Source: a virus (taxonomy: Duplodnaviria; Caudoviricetes). From it: a stretch of DNA of 49,015 nt. The position numbers were made by a program, and so were the translations under genes. The stretch lies in IMG/VR virus record IMGVR_UViG_3300034132_000016, positions 1-49,015 of that record. One strand, written 5' to 3'. Position 1 is the first letter of the stretch, and every line of letters begins with the position of its first letter. Positions 28,861 to 36,245 of this stretch are shown one piece after another. Under the pieces are notes generated by a model. That model was not told the DNA's origin and ran no database searches. It saw only the letters and a program-made list of their open reading frames with translations.

Positions 28861-29181
28861 ATGAGTGAAATTCAATCTCATCAATTTTCTGATTCAGAAG
28901 GTAATCCCGCAGGTGGTATGTCACAAGCCCTTGGGGTGATTGTTAGTTGGCAAAATGGACCTCTTGTTTATGGAAGAGATGGAACCAAACATTCTAATGG
29001 TGCCTTTGTTGAGGATTTAATCAAAATTGCAATTGATCGATTGAAATTTTATGAAAACAGTAAATTTAGCTGCAAAGAAAACAAGGAAGCAATTCACCAT
29101 TTAAACGAAGCGTTAGATTGGCTTAATTCAAGAACCAAAGATCGAGAAAGGCGAGGTGTAGAAGGTACATATCAAATTTAG
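28861..29181 (+). CDS. tad1: Tad1-family anti-defence sponge protein
   Basis: WQNGP..NG..EDLI.I.IDRL..F...FSC.EN..A..L.EAL.WL..R..DR..RGVEGT matches the recalled Tad1 pattern. Confidence 0.8.
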   Translation: MSEIQSHQFSDSEGNPAGGMSQALGVIVSWQNGPLVYGRDGTKHSNGAFVEDLIKIAIDRLKFYENSKFSCKENKEAIHHLNEALDWLNSRTKDRERRGVEGTYQI

Positions 29182-29228
29182 TAACACAATAAAAAACTAA
29201 AAATAATTCAACAGAATCAGAATTAATT

Positions 29229-29876
29229 ATGGCGATCGCAAAACCTACAGGAAGAATTGCCGGAACCGGGAAACTCTCTTCCGGTTCACAGGAAGGATTT
29301 AACCTGGCAGCAGCCCTGGATGGGATGAATGATCGTTATCAAGGATCTCTATCGGGATGGGTGAATCAGCTTGCCAATGATCAGTTCATCAGGGATGAGA
29401 AAGCATTTAAGCTTCAGGCTCAAACTCAGAATTGGCAGAATCAGTCTCAGGCAAGTCATCAGTACGGTCTTCAAGAAGCGGGTAAAGAAGGTGATTTTCG
29501 GAGAGGGTTTCTAGCTCAATCGAATCCTGCTCATGAAGGGAAGCAACAGGATGATAAGTTAAGAGCTAGTTTCAACCTGGGAGAAATGAGCAAGCAGAAT
29601 GATTTTTCCAGGCAAAGAGATTTGATGGATCATGCAGCTTCACTGTCAGCTAATAGTAGTGGAGGTGGTGGCAGTGGTGGAGCCGGAGGAAGAGGAGGTA
29701 TAGGAGATGACACAAATGCCTTGATGAGTGACCTGGCTCGAATGTCCGCTCAAAGAGCCATACAAGGGGATGCACTGGCAACCCAAAGGTATTTAGGAGA
29801 GCTAGACGAAGGAAACAAACGGTTTAGCACAATGGCAGCGCTGTCACAGTCAAATAATTTTCAGTATTGGCGATAA
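29229..29876 (+). CDS. GRIAG-motif Gln/Gly-rich protein
   Basis: MAIAKPTGRIAG; poly-Gly linker. Confidence 0.65.
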   Translation: MAIAKPTGRIAGTGKLSSGSQEGFNLAAALDGMNDRYQGSLSGWVNQLANDQFIRDEKAFKLQAQTQNWQNQSQASHQYGLQEAGKEGDFRRGFLAQSNPAHEGKQQDDKLRASFNLGEMSKQNDFSRQRDLMDHAASLSANSSGGGGSGGAGGRGGIGDDTNALMSDLARMSAQRAIQGDALATQRYLGELDEGNKRFSTMAALSQSNNFQYWR

Positions 29877-29914
29877 TCAATAATTTTAGTTTTATAGATA
29901 AAGGAGTTATTTAG

Positions 29915-30280
29915 ATGGCAGGGTTTCAAACAGATTGGATTAGTGGTCCTAGTGTCGCGCAGCAAAACTCATTAACGAATTCCTTCTGGAATTCGAAAAT
30001 TAGATCTTTTGATTCTATTGCTAACAACAATAGTAGTAGCAACAATTCTAATCAATCCTCGACTCCTTCTTGGGACCAACAACGAAATGCAGCTAGAGAA
30101 GATGCAAGTTGGACTACAGAGCAAAACTGGAATGATTTTGTGCGTAAAGGTGCCCAGAGTCAAAGCTGGAGAGATCATGAATTTAGCCTGCGTCAGCAGG
30201 CAACAGAAGCAGCCGCTAATCGTGCCAGGAACGCTCAAAAGGCAGATGCTAGTAAAGCCTGGGCTTCAGCCCTACGTTAA
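29915..30280 (+). CDS. Asn/Ser/Gln-rich helical protein
   Basis: AGGAG RBS; located in the structural cluster. Confidence 0.6.
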   Translation: MAGFQTDWISGPSVAQQNSLTNSFWNSKIRSFDSIANNNSSSNNSNQSSTPSWDQQRNAAREDASWTTEQNWNDFVRKGAQSQSWRDHEFSLRQQATEAAANRARNAQKADASKAWASALR

Positions 30281-30290
30281 AGGATAAGGT

Positions 30291-30479
30291 ATGGATTCCT
30301 CGAATGCTCCAACCTATGATTTGGACATGCCTCAGTTTTCTTCAAGAGGTAAACCAACTATTTATGATTTAGACACTCAAACAAGTACTCGCAGAAAAGC
30401 AGCATTAATGGCTCAGATGAGATCCCAAAATCAAATCATGAATGGTGACGCATCTAAGACAGACATCTCCAGGTATTAA
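30291..30479 (+). CDS. small protein with PTxYDLD repeat
   Basis: 62-aa ORF in the operon. Confidence 0.5.
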   Translation: MDSSNAPTYDLDMPQFSSRGKPTIYDLDTQTSTRRKAALMAQMRSQNQIMNGDASKTDISRY

Positions 30480-30494
30480 TTAACTGAAACACTA

Positions 30495-31088
30495 ATGGCA
30501 ACTGGTAGACCAAAGAACTCCTCTATTATTAAAACTTGGCTGGACACCCTATCTGATGAAGATAAGCTTGCTTTTAGAGATTATTGCAAAGCTCACTATC
30601 ATCAGAAGGGGATGATCCATGCTTATTTGATTGCAAGAGGATGTGAGGTTTCACTTGCCACTGTCTATAACTGGATTGGAGCAAACATTCCCAAGGGCGA
30701 AGAGGCAGTGCTTCTCGATCAAGAGGCAGAGGCTTATCGGGGAGTTGATATAACCCTGCAAATGGAGAAGCTATTTGCCAGTCTTGCCCGGATGGTTCAA
30801 CGATGTGAAGAGAGACTCCAGGGGGTTGAGCTTAGTCCTGAGAAATGTGCAGAACTCCTGCCTCAGTTTGCGCGAGAGATGAGAGCCGTTGGAGATAAGA
30901 TCACCAACACGAAAGCTGCTGTTGATACAGAGCTTCTGATCATGTCTGGGGCAATGCGAATGTTTGAGTTGATTGTTGCTACAGGTGGAATCAAAGATAC
31001 TGCTGATGAAACTTTTGTTCGTAAAGCCTGTGAGTCAGCAATTCTGAGGATTCGAGAAGAAGTAAAGTCTAAGACTCTTTCTAGTTAA
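30495..31088 (+). CDS. putative terminase small subunit
   Basis: Immediately upstream of TerL; HTH-like SLATVYNW plus helical C-terminus. Confidence 0.6.
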   Translation: MATGRPKNSSIIKTWLDTLSDEDKLAFRDYCKAHYHQKGMIHAYLIARGCEVSLATVYNWIGANIPKGEEAVLLDQEAEAYRGVDITLQMEKLFASLARMVQRCEERLQGVELSPEKCAELLPQFAREMRAVGDKITNTKAAVDTELLIMSGAMRMFELIVATGGIKDTADETFVRKACESAILRIREEVKSKTLSS

Positions 31089-31094
31089 AAATGG

Positions 31095-32672
31095 ATGGGT
31101 TTACACCTCTACAGTTTTCCAGCTTTAGAAGTTCAGCTTGAGAAACGGCAGCGATCGGAAAGAGAGGTTAGTCCTGAAGCGGCAGAATGTCGGACTGACT
31201 TCATTAAATTCCGGCAATACGTCTGCAATCACAAGTCATTTGAACATCATATTAACTGGGCAAAGCAGCTTGAAACAGGTGAAGACTCAAAGTGTCTTAA
31301 GCGAATCGGTGGCAAACACACGCTGATACTAGCTCCCAGAGGGTCAAGCAAATCGACGTTTTTGGTTGAATGGACAGCTTTTCAAATTGGAGTCCACACT
31401 TCTCCGGCTTATAAAATCCCTTTCAAGGTTTTATACATTAGCTATTCGATTGAGATAGCAATGCTCAAGTCAGAGCAAATTCAAGAAATTGTTTGTTCTG
31501 AAAAGTTTCAGGAAGTATTTCCCTGGGTTCGTCCTGGAAAGAAATGGGGCAGCAAGACCTGGGACATTGATAAAGCTCATGCAGATCTTCCCAGGATAGG
31601 GGAGCCTTACACTTTAGCTTGCGCTGGCATGAAGGGGGCTGTAGCCAGTCGTAGAGCACATCTTTGTGTTTTTGATGATTTACTGAAGAGTCCTGAACAA
31701 ATCGAAAACCCCTCTATCCGGGAACGGATGGAGTCTAACTGGTCAAATGTAATTCGTCCTGTCTTCTATGAAGGGGGTAGAGCTGTCTGTTTGGGAACCC
31801 GAATGAGGGTTGAGGATATTTATGAAACCACCTTCACCATTGAGCGGGACTGGAATGTAATCGAAGAGTCTGCGATCGTCGAAAACCCAGAAACAGGAGA
31901 AGAAGAATCTTACTGTGAAGAGTTGGCTACGCTTTCCTATCTTCAGTTTCTTCGAGAGGATGACCCAAACGCTTTTGCTTTGCAGTTTCAAAACAAAAAG
32001 CCAGAAGAAGGATCTGGAATTATTCATCCTGACTGGTGGATTGAAGGATGTCCTCCAGAGCTTGAAGACTTTGATTTCCTTGCTGTTTCAAGCGACTTTT
32101 CAGCATCGCAAAAAGAGCAGGCAGATTATACAGTTTTCTTGTTGTGGGGAAAGTTAGGGAATGAATATTGGGTGCTTGATATGCGTCGGGGTAGATGGTC
32201 AGGCAACATCGATAAATGCAATGTCCTTCTAGTGATGCTGATTGAATGGGGCATCCTAACGACTGAGACAGAGTATGAAACAAACTATCGATCTGGGAAA
32301 GTGACCTGGCTGACTGAGAATCCTGGAGACTGTCCAGTTATTTATCCAACAAATTTTTATGTGAACTTTTTTGCAGAAGCAGAGTCCTATCAGGTCAGCT
32401 TTGCAGCCGATTGGATCAACTATGTCCAAAATCAGATTAATCTCTGGTCAATTACCTGTCTTCCAATTCGACTCAAGGGAGATAAAATACAACGCCTGCG
32501 AGGAATCACAGGCGTTATGCAACGTAAACAGGTTAAAGCAAACAAATATCGAAAACTGAAACGGTTAAAGCAAGAATTATTAAGTGTACTCGCTAAAGAT
32601 GACGCAAGAGACGCTTATGTAATGGGACTTGCAGGGTTTGGAATTAGACCAAATTTATCAGCAGAAGTCTAA
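31095..32672 (+). CDS. terL: terminase large subunit
   Basis: APRGSSKS Walker A, VFDD Walker B, LGTR coupling motif, SSDFS / ADYT / DDxxD nuclease acidic residues. Confidence 0.92.
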   Translation: MGLHLYSFPALEVQLEKRQRSEREVSPEAAECRTDFIKFRQYVCNHKSFEHHINWAKQLETGEDSKCLKRIGGKHTLILAPRGSSKSTFLVEWTAFQIGVHTSPAYKIPFKVLYISYSIEIAMLKSEQIQEIVCSEKFQEVFPWVRPGKKWGSKTWDIDKAHADLPRIGEPYTLACAGMKGAVASRRAHLCVFDDLLKSPEQIENPSIRERMESNWSNVIRPVFYEGGRAVCLGTRMRVEDIYETTFTIERDWNVIEESAIVENPETGEEESYCEELATLSYLQFLREDDPNAFALQFQNKKPEEGSGIIHPDWWIEGCPPELEDFDFLAVSSDFSASQKEQADYTVFLLWGKLGNEYWVLDMRRGRWSGNIDKCNVLLVMLIEWGILTTETEYETNYRSGKVTWLTENPGDCPVIYPTNFYVNFFAEAESYQVSFAADWINYVQNQINLWSITCLPIRLKGDKIQRLRGITGVMQRKQVKANKYRKLKRLKQELLSVLAKDDARDAYVMGLAGFGIRPNLSAEV

Positions 32673-32719
32673 TAATGAATGAATCACTCATTTATAAATG
32701 TTAAAATAATAATGTAAAC

Positions 32720-32773
32720 GCCCCGCACTGCTGGAAACAGTCGAGGCACGGTCAACTAGAGTGAGTAGCTGAC
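32720..32773 (+). promoter_or_regulatory. two RNA hairpins in the HNH leader, the second abutting the GTG start
   Basis: Stems at 32720-32747 and 32751-32773; TAAAAT -10 at 32702. Confidence 0.5.
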
Positions 32774-33541
32774 GTGAATAATTATAGCTCGGAAGAAGAG
32801 ACTCTTCTCAATAATGGATTTGATTTATCAAAATTTAGATTTGGAACGCTCTGTTTAAGAAATCATGAATTTCTCAATACACAAAAAAGTATTAGAAGGA
32901 TGTCCAATGGCTTATGTCCTCAATGTCAAAACCTAAAAACAAGAGAATCAGAAAAGAAAATCCCAATTGAATCTAGAAAAGAACGTTCAAAAAATAACTA
33001 TTACAAGCATAAAGAGTCTCGACTGGAGAAAGCTAAAGCATGGAAAGCCCGAAATAAAGAGCGCTGTGCAGCCTGGAGAAAACAACGCAGACTTAAGCAT
33101 TTAGAAGAAGAAAAAGCTAACTACCGGGCGTATATGAAAACAGAAAGAGGTAGAGAATTAATGCTCTACCATAAACGCCTTAGACGAGCTAGGAAGCTTG
33201 CAGCAGGGGCACCAGATTACACCTTAGAAGAATTAAAGGAAAGATTTGAGCTATTTAATGGCAACTGCGTTTACTGCAATAATTCAGGAAACGCAGTTGA
33301 CCATTTCATTCCTTTGACAAAAGGAGGCAAAGAAAAGCTTTTAAACTTATATCTTTGCTGCAAAAGCTGTAATTCTTCCAAGGGAGACAGAGATGCAGAA
33401 GTCTGGTATAAATCTCAATCTTTTTTTAATCCTGAAAGATGGGAAGCTATTTTGCTCTTAAATTCAGACGATTGCCGGGACTCTTACGTCATGGGACTTG
33501 CAGGATTCGGAGTTAGACCTAATCTTTCAGTCGAAGTATGA
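32774..33541 (+). CDS. HNH endonuclease fused to a duplicated TerL C-terminus
   Basis: CVYC..DHFIPL..GG..N..CKSCNSSK; last 24 aa duplicate the TerL end. Confidence 0.9.
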   Translation: MNNYSSEEETLLNNGFDLSKFRFGTLCLRNHEFLNTQKSIRRMSNGLCPQCQNLKTRESEKKIPIESRKERSKNNYYKHKESRLEKAKAWKARNKERCAAWRKQRRLKHLEEEKANYRAYMKTERGRELMLYHKRLRRARKLAAGAPDYTLEELKERFELFNGNCVYCNNSGNAVDHFIPLTKGGKEKLLNLYLCCKSCNSSKGDRDAEVWYKSQSFFNPERWEAILLLNSDDCRDSYVMGLAGFGVRPNLSVEV

Positions 33542-33565
33542 TGAGCGAATCGCTCACCACTGTCC

Positions 33566-33961
33566 CTAGAGTGACTGGTTGAATACCCAAGTCAAAGAGG
33601 AATTGATAGCACAGGCATCTTTGTAGCCGCTATTGGTAATGATGTTGAAAGTCTTGACCAGTCTTGTTTCAAGCTTATTTAGAACTCCCAGCCTGACCCA
33701 GTAAGCATTATCAACTGCTTCAACCCAGACGATTGTTTTCCCGTAAGGAAAGTAAGCGTTAGCTTCTCCATATCGCTGAATGCGTTCAATAATGTGAAGC
33801 ACTCCAATTGCCTCAAGGCTTACAAGTAGTTCTTTTTCAACTTGCCCAATTGTTTTTCTAGAAGTGGGATGACGATCGCCAATAGACACAGGACTGATCT
33901 CTTCGATTTTTATATGAGTTGGCATTCCAATCATGCGTGGTAGATCCTGAGATAAACTCAT
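33566..33961 (-). CDS. hypothetical protein
   Basis: 131-aa ORF. Confidence 0.55.
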   Translation of the reverse strand: MSLSQDLPRMIGMPTHIKIEEISPVSIGDRHPTSRKTIGQVEKELLVSLEAIGVLHIIERIQRYGEANAYFPYGKTIVWVEAVDNAYWVRLGVLNKLETRLVKTFNIITNSGYKDACAINSSLTWVFNQSL

Positions 33962-34139
33962 TATTTCAAATCCCCAAATTAAAAGTTACAAAACTTTTTT
34001 CTTGGAGAAATACCTTTTTATTCATTCGCTATTTCAAAACTATGTCCCTACAGAAAACCCCCTTACGGGGGCAGAAAAAGAGGTTTTATGACCAGACTTA
34101 GCATCGTGGTTATCTCAGATTAACTTATTGAACAGCCAC

Positions 34140-34382
34140 TTATTCAAGTTTGTCCAGATTGGAAATAGGACTTGCTTTAGGAGCAATACCTTTAGCATAG
34201 ATTCCCAAAACAGCAATTCCCAGTCCTGAAACGATGCGGAGAATATCTGAGGTTTTTTGCCCAAACACTCCGCTTGTGGCAACGGTCGAAGATAAATCTG
34301 AAACCAGTTGAATGACTCCCAGGAGGCTAAGACTGCCTCCACCGACAAGACCTGCGAGAGTAGTGATGTGATCCGACTTCAT
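34140..34382 (-). CDS. holin-like small membrane protein
   Basis: Two TM helices; GGAG RBS; terminator-like hairpin at ~34054-34087 downstream. Confidence 0.45.
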   Translation of the reverse strand: MKSDHITTLAGLVGGGSLSLLGVIQLVSDLSSTVATSGVFGQKTSDILRIVSGLGIAVLGIYAKGIAPKASPISNLDKLE

Positions 34383-34581
34383 CTATTTCTCCCTTTGTGA
34401 CAGCGATTGACCAGACATGCAGTTTCTATAATTCTACCAATTCTGTATATAATAGTTCCAGTGTAGTGAGTCTATCAACCATCAGCAATTGAAGCGAGCA
34501 TTTTGCTGGTGTGAGCGTATCTGGCAGTACGCCTTTCTCTTCAGGACCACTACACTATTCTTTTTTCCGAAGATCTTTCAG

Positions 34582-35058
34582 ATGAGTCAAAATATTTATC
34601 CTGACAATATTGAAATTGTTATTGAAAAGAATGGCAAGCCTGTTGATTCTCTTCCACAAGAAGTTAAAGATTCAATAGAATTTCTTTATGAAAAGGGTCA
34701 TGATCCTGATAAAGAAATCAAGATGCACAATTCCTGTCTTCCCATTCAGGGAGAACTGATTCCGATCGTCTGCGACTACGACGATATTGATGGAAAAGGA
34801 ATTGAGCAGCAGCTTCGCAACATTATTAGTTCTCTTCAGAATGAACATCCGTCAAATCGAAAGTTTTTGATGGACTTTAAGGACATTCGCTATTTAGGCG
34901 TAGCGGAAAAAGTTCTTACAGAAATGCGTCCTGTACTTACGATGTCGGGTATTACTTTTGCGATCACTCCTCGAATGCAAGAAGCGATTAAAAGAGCAAG
35001 ACAGGTTCTTAAAAGAGGTTTTGCAGGTAGGACAAAAGTAGCAGTCGAGGAAGTGTAA
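34582..35058 (+). CDS. hypothetical protein
   Basis: Start MSQNIY placed after the TATTCTTTTTTCCGA leader motif. Confidence 0.6.
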   Translation: MSQNIYPDNIEIVIEKNGKPVDSLPQEVKDSIEFLYEKGHDPDKEIKMHNSCLPIQGELIPIVCDYDDIDGKGIEQQLRNIISSLQNEHPSNRKFLMDFKDIRYLGVAEKVLTEMRPVLTMSGITFAITPRMQEAIKRARQVLKRGFAGRTKVAVEEV

Positions 35059-35384
35059 TGCCTGGAAGAATTGCAGGAAAATATAACCCAACGGCTACTG
35101 CTGAAATTAATCGCAGAACTCAACAGTATGCAGCAAGAACAGGAGCTATGCCATCTCCACAGCAGATAAGCCAGCTTGAAGCAGCAGCAGTTAATAAAGG
35201 GAACTGGATTGAAGATGCTTTGGCTGTTTCTTTAACGGATAGGCGAGCAATGATTCGAGATTATGAAGTATCCCCGCAACAACTTCTTTCTCAAGGAGTT
35301 GCTTTGAATTCTTATCCCTTTGTTGAAATGGGGTATTTGCCGCCTTATCACCCCTATGAAAATTCGAGATATAGACTCGTTTAA
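35058..35384 (+). CDS. GRIAG-motif small protein
   Basis: Starts MPGRIAG. Confidence 0.65.
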   Translation: MPGRIAGKYNPTATAEINRRTQQYAARTGAMPSPQQISQLEAAAVNKGNWIEDALAVSLTDRRAMIRDYEVSPQQLLSQGVALNSYPFVEMGYLPPYHPYENSRYRLV

Positions 35385-35386
35385 GC

Positions 35387-35497
35387 ATGTCAGCTTCTTT
35401 AGACGAAATTATTAGATCCACGACCCAGAGAGATGGCAAAACATCCTCTGGGGAAACGCTTGTTGTGGCATCCCACGTTTCACAAATGGCAATGTGA
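35387..35497 (+). pseudogene. truncated duplicate of the portal N-terminus
   Basis: MSASLDEIIRSTTQRDGKTSSGETLVVASHVSQMAM*; 31/35 aa identical to the portal start. Confidence 0.9.
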
Positions 35498-35552
35498 TTC
35501 TTCCATTCACTAAAAATGATACAATTTGAGAGACGTGTTTAGTGATTGAAAA

Positions 35553-36245
35553 ATGCTTAATTTATCAAATTATGTTTTTGGAAAAATTTGTAAAAATGGG
35601 CATGAATACGAAAATACGGGAATGTCTCTCAGGGCAAAAGTTTCCAGGAATTGTATAGAGTGTGTCAAGCTACGTGTTCAAACATTAGAAGCAAAAGAAA
35701 AAAGGAAAGAGTATCGGCGTAGACCGGAAGTAGCAGAAAAACATCGAAAAAGATCAAGAGATTATGCTGCTAGAAATAAAGGAAAGGTAAATGAAAAAAA
35801 TAGGCAATATCAAAAAGCGAATAAGGAACGTATTAATGAACAAAAAAAGAGATCTAGAAATGAAAATAGAGAAGAAGTAAATAAGAAGCGCAGGGAGTAT
35901 CACAAGACTTTTGGGTATAGGGCTTTTGATCTTAGAAGAAGGTCTAAAAAATTTATAGATAGAGGAGTTGTGATAGGCAACGTAAAGGGAATAGACTTAA
36001 AAAATCGGTTTAATCTCTTTGAAGGTTGTTGTGCTTACTGTGGGGATACGTTCGGAGAATGGGATCATTTCATTCCGCTATGTTTAGGCGGACCTCATTT
36101 AATGAGTAATATATTTCCTTCATGTATTTCTTGCAATTCTAAAAAAGCTTATTCGGATGGGAGAAAATGGTATCCACTTCAAAAGTTTTTTACCCAAGAA
36201 AGATGGAACAAAATATTAGGTTTAATTCATGACGGCAGGACTTGA
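35553..36245 (+). CDS. HNH endonuclease (paralog of 32774..33541)
   Basis: CAYC..DHFIPL..GG.H..N..CISCNSKK; AT-rich; own TGnTACAAT promoter at 35517-35525. Confidence 0.9.
   Translation: MLNLSNYVFGKICKNGHEYENTGMSLRAKVSRNCIECVKLRVQTLEAKEKRKEYRRRPEVAEKHRKRSRDYAARNKGKVNEKNRQYQKANKERINEQKKRSRNENREEVNKKRREYHKTFGYRAFDLRRRSKKFIDRGVVIGNVKGIDLKNRFNLFEGCCAYCGDTFGEWDHFIPLCLGGPHLMSNIFPSCISCNSKKAYSDGRKWYPLQKFFTQERWNKILGLIHDGRT

Noticed and set aside
21313-29876. RiPP/bacteriocin cluster (GRIAG as double-glycine leader plus C39 peptidase)
   Set aside because: No ABC transporter or modifying enzyme is present, the leaders are too short, and stand-alone C39-like peptidases in phages are commonly endolysins.
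32673-36228. Group I introns or inteins in terL and portal
   Set aside because: Both genes are complete without splicing, their ends are duplicated rather than split, and the non-coding flanks (about 55-100 nt) are too short for a ribozyme core.
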